DNA of 64,000 nucleotides, from the NCBI GenBank assembly GCA_000091205.1, contig AP006500.2. One strand, 5' to 3'. How positions within the stretch are numbered: the first letter of the stretch is position 1; each line of letters begins with the position of its first letter. Shown one piece after another: positions 55,921 through 64,000 of this stretch. The DNA is from Cyanidioschyzon merolae. Its lineage: Eukaryota. A model generated the notes under the pieces. It was not told the DNA's origin and ran no database searches. It was given only the letters and a program-made list of their open reading frames with translations. Both the position numbers and the translations under genes were made by a program.

Positions 55921-56586
55921 ATGGAATCATCGGTACCAAGTGAGAGTCCTAAGTTGGTCATTGGCGTCCTGGAACTTCAGGGCGACTTTTTTGAGCATGA
56001 GCGCTTGTTGGAAAAGTGTGGGGTTTCTACCAAGGGAATTCGGCAGCGTCGGCATCTACTTGATGAAAACGGAAAAATTCTCGTGGACGGTCTCGTTATA
56101 CCTGGCGGTGAAAGCACCACGATCGGAAAGCTGTTAGTGGAGCTTGATATGCTAGATGTGATTCGCACAGCGGTTGCACCGCCTCACTGTTTGCCGGTTC
56201 TTGGTACCTGCGCCGGTTGTATCCTCCTCGCGCGGCGGATCAGAACGTTCGACGATCAACCGCGAATAGGGTGTCTGGAAGTCGAAGTGGAGCGAAATGC
56301 ATACGGGCCCCAAATCGAGTCCTTTGAGTGCCAGGTTCAAAATGTGCAGGTATTTGGCGAAGAGCCTCTGCGAGCGGTCTTGATCCGGGCGCCGGTCATT
56401 ACCCGAGTTCTGGATTCGGCGCGGGTGCAGGTGCTTGCGTCGTTCCGGGACACTCCGATAGTCGTTCAGCAGGATCACATACTAGCGTGCACTTTTCACC
56501 CTGAATTGACGGGCGATACACGTATCCATCGCAGATTTATCGAGATCGTGAAACAGAACATAGCCGTGGAAAGGCGCCTGAACTGA
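55921..56586 (+). CDS. PDX2: Pyridoxal 5'-phosphate synthase glutaminase subunit (PdxT/PDX2/SNO)
   Basis: KLVIGVLELQGDFFEHERLL ... GLVIPGGESTTIGKLL ... LGTCAGCILLA (catalytic Cys) ... FHPELTGDTRIHRRFIE. The ATG is at 55921. Confidence 0.85.
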   Translation: MESSVPSESPKLVIGVLELQGDFFEHERLLEKCGVSTKGIRQRRHLLDENGKILVDGLVIPGGESTTIGKLLVELDMLDVIRTAVAPPHCLPVLGTCAGCILLARRIRTFDDQPRIGCLEVEVERNAYGPQIESFECQVQNVQVFGEEPLRAVLIRAPVITRVLDSARVQVLASFRDTPIVVQQDHILACTFHPELTGDTRIHRRFIEIVKQNIAVERRLN

Positions 56587-57917
56587 GCGCCGCGGCTTCG
56601 GCCCTGCTCTATCCCGGACCGGAGCGTTCATGGCGACAACTGCACAGAATTCGACATCCGTATGCACGTTTGTGCTGAGGCCTCAACACGCAAGTCTAGG
56701 ATCGCTCGGATTTTTGGACACTTCCGTCTCGGTGTGAAGCTGATCGAGCGTTTGTCATCCCGTGCCCGGCGAGCAGCGTAGCCTGCTTATGGGGCTCGTG
56801 GATGCGCTGGCATGTTAGACCTGTGATGCTCGCAACGCAGCATGGAAGGATACATGCTGAGTGGAGAGCTTTCACGATCCATTCGGCCCGAAAATTGGCC
56901 TCCAACCACGAAGTGCTGGAGCAAGGCGCACTCGCTTTAGGGTCGGATCGGCACCTGCTGCTCCACCCTCGTAATCGCATCATCTCCGACGGCTGAGTGT
57001 ACAGCCAAATCTGCAGCAAAATATCTGTGAGTGTCGTGCCTTTCTATAGAACTGTTTTATCTTGATTATCGTCTCGGATAACGAACGCTAACCTTGCCGA
57101 TAGTGTTCGCGTCCCTGGAGCCTATGGCAGTGCCTAGACAGCTGTGCATAGGAGTCAGCAACGCTTGGTTGCCTGCGAGATGTCGCATGGATTCTTCCCC
57201 GACGATGCTATGATCCCGTTAGAGATCTAATGTGAGTGTGTGTCTCAGACGCCGACGTGTCATTCAAGAAAGCTGAACGATACTCCTGCATCAAGTACGT
57301 CACTGAATGCTTAAAATGCACAGATGCGCTATTGGGGCTGTGAATTTCGCACAAGAATACTCGACCGATACGCCTGCAGCAAGTACGCTAGCAAATATCC
57401 CAGAGAATGCACAGTTGCGTTTCACGCATTTGCGCAGGGGATATCGAGACGGTGCGATGTATGGTACTGCGAGCGTTACGTCTTCTGAATGTACAGTGCC
57501 GTATACATCCCGGGATTCGCGCTACCCTTTCGTATGGGTCCTGCTCCCTGCAGCCCAGGAGCAGCAGCTGGTGCTCGGGATCCGGTGCAGTACGTCGCCA
57601 GCCGCGCTCATATCGGAGCTGAGAGGATGACGCGATTTCTTTAACGTGTATAGCGCCGTCCATTTATATCAGCAGAACATGGAGTGGGGCAGGTCGATTG
57701 ACTTGCTGCTCGGATGTACACAAAAAAAGACGGGTTTCTTCCTGCTGCCGTCAACATCACCATATCCAGACTTTGTCTCCGACTATTTCCGTATCCTCGC
57801 TTGTGTTCCGTTTTAAATGAGCCGCTGAGCTTGCTCGTCTCAAACTCGATTGTCGGCAGTCAATGGATGTTGATGGCAGTTTGTTCAAGACCCGATTTCG
57901 CTGTTCCCACTGCGGCT

Positions 57918-59063
57918 GTCGACGTATTCCAAAGACAGGCGAAAGCTCCGACCGAAGCCTCGCTTGCTATTTTCATCTTCTTCGTATAGAGCCGCGCTGT
58001 GCTCCTGGCATCGTCGATACCTGGCTGTGGTCTGGTGCCGTCTGGTGCCCAGCACGCTCCCTACTCCTCCTCCGAGAGCCGCCCAGTGGCGCACGAATAC
58101 TTGCATCATCGAGCGCTGCATGCCCTCGACGAGTACCCAAGGATACCGTCGATGCCCTCGTCCGTAACCGCCGGCATTGCCGTACACTGTGATCACGTGC
58201 TTGTTCTTTGCGATCCCAGCGGCACGTAATCCGACCGATACACGTGCGAGCGAACGCTCTCCCTTTCGATCGATGATTCGTGGAACGCGATGTTGTACGT
58301 GACGAACCGAGCACCGAAAGAGGAGCCCTGGCAACAGGTCAAGTCGCGATACGTTGATCCGTGTACGCTCCTCGCTTGTGCAGAGCAGTGACGCTCGATC
58401 CACCGGCAGCGGTACCTCCGATGACTCGAGTCCCGGTCCAAGATACTTGTCTATGCAGCCTGGAGAGACGGGATCGTCTCGGGACGTATCCCGTCGGGGG
58501 CGTCACCTCGGTGCAGCGTCCCGCTTCGTCGATCGCGATCGAGACAGGAGGATTTGCTTTTCGAACGGAATCGGCTATTGGACGCGAGCGTTGCACTGAA
58601 CTTGCGATAAGATCTTGTGAGGCAGTCGTGCGCAGGCGACGTCGAGTATCTATCATTGTCCATCAATCGACCGGAATCACAGCGCCCGCGATTCTCCATG
58701 AGATACCCAGACAGGGATCTTGAAGAGTGTACGGTACGGGGATGCTGCACATCAGCACAGGAGCACACTGGAGGCTCGTACATATCCATTGCTTAATGAT
58801 ATCGGATCTTTTACGAACGCATCTTCGATGACACTCCGCGAATCATTTTGACTCCAGCAACGCAACGAATTCCATCCGCAAGTATTCTTCGAATATATCA
58901 CTCGGAAAAGACGCCCCCGCATCCTAGAACTAGGTATCGATCCGAATGCTCGTGTTGCTGCACTTCGAATGTCGAGGTCCTCTATGTCTAGAACCAGTTC
59001 GGAAAGAAGCCTCAGCGCAGGAACAGAATGAGCAGCTCTGTGATCCATTTCAATCCGAGACAG
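57918..59063 (-). repeat. Right arm of the large inverted repeat pair
   Basis: Reverse-complement match to 48717-49874. ORFs 57885-58403 (minus strand) and 49391-49894 (plus strand) are near-identical. Confidence 0.85.
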
Positions 59064-59161
59064 GTGCAAAAGCAGAGCGTGCACGATGATGCGATACCAC
59101 ACATTCCATTGCTGCCTGCATGCAGAACATACGTGGAACAGTCATGGCATCAACATGGAGG

Positions 59162-60148
59162 CTACCGTTGACGCTGACTATCAAGCCAGCGCCAGATACC
59201 TGCCGCCACACTCCCGATGACGGAGTGCATGGAAGCGGAGATCGCTGCGGGCACTGCAACCTGGGGGTCTGCGAAATGTGCCTGGGCGAGCGCTGCCCCC
59301 AGACCCGAGTTCTGCATGCACACCTCAATCGCAACCGCTCGATTGATTTGCTTATCCCGGAAACGCAGAAATGATACGACGTATCCAAGAACGAGTCCAA
59401 GGCCATGTAGGAGTAAGAGTGCGAAGAAAAGTCGCAAACCACCGGTGCGAATCGCATCCACGCTTCCTGAAATGATGGAGGCATTGATGAGCACAACGCC
59501 AGCCACAGAGACTAGTGGAAACCAAGGCAATAGCCGCTGGATGACAGCTCTCGTTCGGGGTATCGCATTCAAAAGCATGCCCACTGCCAACGGTAGGAAC
59601 ACGACCTGGACCATAGACAAGAACATACCACAGGCATCAACAGGCATCATGGTTCCTGCCATCACTTTCATGAGGAGCGGTGTGAGGATTACGGCCGCTT
59701 GCGTCGTCGTTGCCGTCATGAGGACGCTAAGCGCCACGTTAGCTCCTGCCAGGTAACAGACCAGGTTCGACGCGGTGCCTCCTGGGCAAGACGACACCAG
59801 CAGCATACCAACGGCGTACGGTGTTGGTAGCCCCAGGTGCCGGGAAAGCATCCAGCCGAGCAGCGGCATGATGGAGTATTGCGCGAGCGCGCCCCAGAGC
59901 ACTACATCAGGAACACGCAAAACTGCGACAAAATCATCGACAGATAATGTCAAACCCATTGCCAACATGATGACCGACAACGTAGGAGATATGTACTCGC
60001 GTTTGAAGAAAGCGAAAACGCTGGGGCAGGTTGCCGCGGTGATGGACCCCAGAATCACGTACAGTGGAAAGAGGTTCGTCAACAGGCCGAGAACGCGTTC
60101 CGATCGCGAGGTCATCCTCAGGTGCCGGCCCTGAGTGGTCTCTCGCAT
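59162..60148 (-). CDS. Bile acid:sodium symporter (BASS) family transporter
   Basis: LAMGLTLSVDDF ... VGMLLVSSCPGGTASNLVCYLAGANVALSVLMT. The first in-domain ATG is residue 163 of the 59162-60634 ORF. The upstream part is non-coding. Confidence 0.7.
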   Translation of the reverse strand: MRETTQGRHLRMTSRSERVLGLLTNLFPLYVILGSITAATCPSVFAFFKREYISPTLSVIMLAMGLTLSVDDFVAVLRVPDVVLWGALAQYSIMPLLGWMLSRHLGLPTPYAVGMLLVSSCPGGTASNLVCYLAGANVALSVLMTATTTQAAVILTPLLMKVMAGTMMPVDACGMFLSMVQVVFLPLAVGMLLNAIPRTRAVIQRLLPWFPLVSVAGVVLINASIISGSVDAIRTGGLRLFFALLLLHGLGLVLGYVVSFLRFRDKQINRAVAIEVCMQNSGLGAALAQAHFADPQVAVPAAISASMHSVIGSVAAGIWRWLDSQRQR

Positions 60149-60632
60149 AACTGGGGGTCTTTCACGCCCTGGACAAGGCGCTTGCCGGTACGCGTGCTGC
60201 CCCAGTGTTCGCCAGCTGCTGAAACCCCCACCTCTACAGCAGTCATCCCGCCCAAGTCCGCAAAGCCGCTGCGTCCGCCAGCGCTTACTTGAATCAGTTG
60301 CTGGCTGCAGGTACGAAGCAGCGCGACTTCGTCGACAGCTATGCTCCGCTGTCGTCTGCAGTACAGCCGTCTTGATGCACAAGACGAAACAGCAGCCGCC
60401 GGTGCCTCGCCAGGAACCACGACAGACCTTGTGTGAGACCATGCAAACCCCAGATCTAAAGACTCGTCCTAGCAAGGTCCTAGAGGCGTCTCGTGAGCCG
60501 CTCAGCAGAAGCTGCCGAGCTGCGCTTCTGTGGATATTGCCATTGCGGATACGTGGATGCGATATGTGGCTGCCGCGCTCGAGTTGCAGTCTACAACAGT
60601 GGGCGCTCGGCTGCTTGCAGAACAGTACCAAC

Positions 60633-61727
60633 ATGGACTGGGAATGGAACGTGGTTCAAGTTCCGTTGGAGAAGTCTGTTGAAGGACAAGTGACGGCTTG
60701 GCGATGCTTGTTCTATGGGCGGCCGACCAGGCCAGAGCACGTGAGCAGCTTTGTCTGGCGATGCCTGACACAGGGACGACTGCCGACGGCACTGCTCGAA
60801 GAGGACACCGCTGCGACGCACAACGCTCAGCTGTGTGGTGCTTCGACCCAAAAGCGACAACACGACGGGAGCCATGCGATAGCTGACGCCTGCAACGGGC
60901 AGTCCGTGACGGAGCTACTGCGTTTGGTGCTGGTATTCTGGAACTTGCCGATGGGAACGCGGCGAGAGGACCTGGAAGAGGCCTGCTCGAGTGCGGGCCC
61001 AGTGCGTTGGGCCTTTATTGAGCACAGCGATAGCGCAGAGACAAAGTTTAAGACGGAGAACGTCCTCGAGAAAGAGAAGGCGTTTCGCATACGGCCAAAT
61101 AGTGCGGTCGGAGAGCCAGCGGTCGTTCGTGGGTATGTGTGTTTCGAGAGCCCAGAGGATGCACAGCGGACTCTGAACTCACCAGACGAGCTTAAGCTAT
61201 CCGCTTTATCGCGCCGGACGATTCCCAAGCTGAAACAGTTTCTTCCGGTTCAGCTGCGAGGCGCGCTGGAGGTCAATAGTTTCCCCCACTGGGCCTGGTT
61301 GCGATTCAAACATGACCACCTTGCGGATATCCGCGGCCTCGAGGCAACGTGCGATCGCATCATGGCAGCATATGAGCAACAAGTACGTAAGATACAGCGA
61401 GATCAGGAGCGGAAACGATGCTTGGTCGACGAGGATGGCTTTACGCTGGTAGTTCCGCGGACGCACAAACAGCAGCACGTGAACAACGACGACAAGCGCT
61501 CTCGTTCTGGTAATGCGAACCCGCTATATGCAGGTGCTCCGCAGAACTCGCGAGGCGAGTCAGTGATCGAAAATGTATCGGAAACGAAAGCTGCCCCGGT
61601 CGGGTTTTATCGATTCCAACGGGATGAGCTGAAGAAGCGAGAGCTCGCCGAGTTGCGGGCGCAGTTTGAGCGCGACCGACACCGCTTGCACAGCCTGCGA
61701 GCAACCCGACAAACCTTCTTGAGTTGA
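60633..61727 (+). CDS. RRP7: RRP7 (ribosomal RNA-processing protein 7) homolog
   Basis: The C-terminus FYRFQRDELKKRELAELRAQFERDRHRLHSLRATRQTF matches human RRP7A NFYAWQHRESKMEHLAQLRKKFEEDKQRIELLRAQRKF. An RRM-like segment LVLVFWNLPMGTRREDLEEACSSAGPV lies upstream. The start at MDWEW (60633) is tentative. Confidence 0.65.
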   Translation: MDWEWNVVQVPLEKSVEGQVTAWRCLFYGRPTRPEHVSSFVWRCLTQGRLPTALLEEDTAATHNAQLCGASTQKRQHDGSHAIADACNGQSVTELLRLVLVFWNLPMGTRREDLEEACSSAGPVRWAFIEHSDSAETKFKTENVLEKEKAFRIRPNSAVGEPAVVRGYVCFESPEDAQRTLNSPDELKLSALSRRTIPKLKQFLPVQLRGALEVNSFPHWAWLRFKHDHLADIRGLEATCDRIMAAYEQQVRKIQRDQERKRCLVDEDGFTLVVPRTHKQQHVNNDDKRSRSGNANPLYAGAPQNSRGESVIENVSETKAAPVGFYRFQRDELKKRELAELRAQFERDRHRLHSLRATRQTFLS

Positions 61728-62027
61728 TCGACAAGGTCCGTGGTTCGCTGTATCATCAACCAAACACACGATATATATATATAGGGATAGTGCTGGATCG
61801 CTTGCGGGCAGGCAGCATGCTGCTCGTCGCACCGCGTGGTCAGTGCCCCAGGCGAGTGCACTGCCGCTCACGCAACGGGCCCGGTGAAGCGCCTCTGTCA
61901 CGAACCGGCAGCCGCGAGCGGGAGCCAGCACCGCTTTTGTGTCATTGACGCTGCAGTGTCCATAAAAGAAAAGTCCGAAAGAACGCGATCAGAGCGACGG
62001 CATGTTTTCCACGTGCTGCGCAGTAAT

Positions 62028-62300
62028 CTAGAGCGCGGCCGGCTCCGAAGCAGCACCCGGCGAAGGCGGCTCTTCGGAAGCGCTCGGTGTGCTCTTGCCT
62101 CGCTTCATCAGCGCACGCGCTCCCAGCCCGATAACTAGCCAGGAACCTAGGACAATCGCTGCTTTCTGACACTCACAATACGATGCAAAGTCGGTCTTGT
62201 TTTTAACCTCACTCCAGGGCGTGTGGCCTGAGTGCCAACGCTGCTGTCGTCCGCTCGTAACCAGCCCTGAGTTACGGACGGGACGCATTGCCCGAGCCGC
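62028..62300 (-). CDS. Possible small tail-anchored membrane protein (hypothetical)
   Basis: The C-terminal TM segment is KAAIVLGSWLVIGLGARALMKRGK. It lies within ORF 62028-62531. The start is arbitrary. Confidence 0.2.
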   Translation of the reverse strand, partial: AARAMRPVRNSGLVTSGRQQRWHSGHTPWSEVKNKTDFASYCECQKAAIVLGSWLVIGLGARALMKRGKSTPSASEEPPSPGAASEPAAL

Positions 62301-62516
62301 ACGCACGAGACCTAACATGTTCAACAGAAGATCGTGGTGAAGCCTGCTTTGAGGTACGAAATCGGAGTTTCCCAGGCTAGCTCTGCACGATGACAGCGTC
62401 GCGCGTGCGTAAACGCCGAACAAGAGCCGCGAGCGAGATGCCCGAGGCCCGCGACCAACGACCTGCGTCCAGCGTCGGGTAAGGACTTTACGCTGCGGCT
62501 GCTGCTGCTTGTGGAG

Positions 62517-63590
62517 ATGTTTACAAAACAACCGGTATCGCAGGCGTTAGCGTCGCTTACTTTATTGGATTCGAGTGACATTAATACACACAAAGAAGAA
62601 GCAAAGGGCAACGAAGCGTGCTTTTCTAGTTCATCATCGTCGTTGTCGTCAACTTCATCGACCGCAACGGAGCTTCGTGACTTGCACGACGATGCGCACA
62701 CCGATGTCGTTGCGAGGCTCGACCAAAGGCCGCTTTCGGAGAACGGCGACTGCGAGTCAGATGCTGATTCTAGTGCTGGCGTCGGGGAGTCTCGCGAAAC
62801 ACGGACGCTTCCGCGAACGCCGCACGAGGTTCTGTACTCGGAGCTGGACCCGCCAGTGGCTCCCGATTCGAGCTTGATACGCCCCGATCACTCGCTCAAG
62901 TCCGTTGGGTCGATTCTAGCGTTCATCGACGGGCTGGTGGTCGTGCAGAGCGCACTGGAACTCGCGCCCCAAGTCAGGGCGAGTCTGGGCGAGGACTCAC
63001 TATTTTGTTTCGAGGATCGCCAGCCGCTGGGTTTCGTGTTCGAGGTGTTCGGATCGGTGCAACGCCCAATGTATATCCTGCGCGTAGATGCACGGGATAC
63101 AGCGCTGTGCAGTAAAATACGGGTAGGATGCGCGGTTTACTACGTGGAGGAACTTCTCAGGCCGCTTGAGCTTGAAAAGAATGCGAAACGTGGCTGTGAC
63201 GCATGTGACGAATTCGGTGAAGAGCTCCACAGCTCCGACCTGGAGTTCTCGGACGATGACGAGGAAGCTCGGGCGCGGAGCCGGCGGCGACGCCAAGTCA
63301 CCCAGACGCCGCTCCTCCGCAGCAGCGGCAGCAGCAGCCTCCAGGGACGGCAATCCAGTCCATTTCGGAACCGCGTCTGGTCGCAGCGCCAACGCGGACG
63401 TGCTGCAGCGTCATCGGCGATGACCAGCACTGCGCCTACATCATCTGGCGCTCGTGATCCACGGTCGATGCCGCGGCAGCGAGCAGCAGAAACGCAAGTC
63501 GAGTCTGCAGCGCTCCGAGGACAAGCCTCGCGACGTGGTCACGGACGGCACGCCGCGGTTCGCCAGGAACGTGCACTGCAGTTCCGTTGA
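62517..63590 (+). CDS. NAF1: NAF1 homolog (H/ACA snoRNP assembly factor, Gar1-like domain)
   Basis: The Gar1-like core is GSILAFIDGLVVVQSALELAPQVRASLGEDSLFCFEDRQPLGFVFEVFGSVQRPMYILRVD. It has an acidic S-rich N-terminus and an R/S/Q-rich C-terminus. The ATG is at 62517. Confidence 0.7.
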   Translation: MFTKQPVSQALASLTLLDSSDINTHKEEAKGNEACFSSSSSSLSSTSSTATELRDLHDDAHTDVVARLDQRPLSENGDCESDADSSAGVGESRETRTLPRTPHEVLYSELDPPVAPDSSLIRPDHSLKSVGSILAFIDGLVVVQSALELAPQVRASLGEDSLFCFEDRQPLGFVFEVFGSVQRPMYILRVDARDTALCSKIRVGCAVYYVEELLRPLELEKNAKRGCDACDEFGEELHSSDLEFSDDDEEARARSRRRRQVTQTPLLRSSGSSSLQGRQSSPFRNRVWSQRQRGRAAASSAMTSTAPTSSGARDPRSMPRQRAAETQVESAALRGQASRRGHGRHAAVRQERALQFR

Positions 63591-63775
63591 TGACGGATCG
63601 CACCACACGCTCAAATACGTAGAGGATGCCTGTGAGAAAAGATGCTTGCTATGAAGCATCCGAGGGAAAACGTGCACTGCAGTTCCGTTGATGACGGATC
63701 GCACCACAGATTCAAATACTACGTAGAGGATGCCTGTGGGAAAAGATGCTAGATATGAAGCATCTGACGGAAAAA
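63557..63775. repeat. Tandem duplication (about 105 bp, 2 copies) spanning the NAF1 stop and 3' flank
   Basis: cgtgcactgcagttccgttgatgacggatcgcaccaca...tagaggatgcctgtg.gaaaagatgct...atgaagcatc occurs twice. Each copy contains a short inverted repeat, gatgct...agcatc. Confidence 0.8.
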
Positions 63776-64000
63776 ACCCAGTGTCTCTGTGCAGACAAGC
63801 ACCCTGGAGAGACACCGGTTTCGACGAGGTGGGGTCTGCGCAATCGGATCCGCATGGAACTGCGTCGTCGCAGTGCAAACCTTCACGGTTTGGATGAGGT
63901 ATTCACGTGCGCGTTTCCCGGATGATGTCCAGTAATGTACATATTGTGCTCGTTTCGTTTTTTGACCCCGCTTCGACAGCGACGTGCGTGCCGATGCGCA

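Noticed and set aside
49930-57918. IR-flanked 8-kb segment as a Polinton/Maverick or other giant DNA transposon (because of the Ulp1-like cysteine protease)
   Set aside because: The protease is a canonical cellular SENP/Ulp1 with an N-terminal regulatory region. There is no pPolB, integrase, packaging ATPase or capsid gene. The other gene is the housekeeping PdxT. A segmental inverted duplication is more parsimonious.
60135-60632. N-terminal 166 codons of the 530-aa ORF containing RRP7
   Set aside because: It has no homology to RRP7 N-termini, and it overlaps the BASS ORF extension head-to-head. It is treated as promoter or 5' UTR.

Overview
This is GC-rich, gene-dense eukaryotic nuclear DNA. 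Spliceosomal introns with GTAGGT donors and CAG acceptors are visible in an NF-YB-like gene. The protein-coding genes are KTI12, a GT4 glycosyltransferase, an FAD-linked D-lactate/D-2-hydroxyglutarate dehydrogenase, an NF-YB histone-fold protein, a NOX-type NADPH oxidase, TrmO/TsaA, a WD40 protein, a GT8 glycosyltransferase, a Dpb4/POLE3-like histone-fold protein, an ERMP1-type M28 peptidase, a Ulp1/SENP protease, PdxT/PDX2, a BASS transporter, RRP7 and NAF1, plus several hypothetical ORFs. Most of these are single long ORFs. The GC-rich sequence throws up many antisense shadow ORFs, which are not annotated.

The main finding is a family of eukaryotic TnpB-like (Fanzor/OMEGA-type) RNA-guided endonuclease elements. 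One roughly 2.5-kb copy lies at 222-2761. It retains a GxDPG RuvC-I motif, a VDE RuvC-II motif and an N-R-D/E-x-N-A-A-x-N-I RuvC-III motif, but is disrupted by in-frame stops and frameshifts. Three internally deleted derivatives, each 400-560 bp, lie at about 14349-14907, 27163-27559 and 40919-41417. Each keeps the 5' end with the start of the ORF and a conserved 3' module overlapping the RuvC-III coding end. That 3' module is a candidate omega-RNA scaffold.

Other structure of note:
- A nearly identical 1.15-kb inverted repeat pair (48717-49874 and 57918-59063) brackets an 8-kb segment carrying the Ulp1 and PdxT genes.
- A 37-bp satellite array abuts the left arm of that inverted repeat.
- A second dispersed repeat family of about 380 bp has two copies.
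- Several promoter-proximal tandem duplications and minisatellites are present.
- The NOX homolog carries an unusual multi-helix hydrophobic insertion inside its NADPH-binding domain.

All coordinates come from manual reading and may be off by a few bases.
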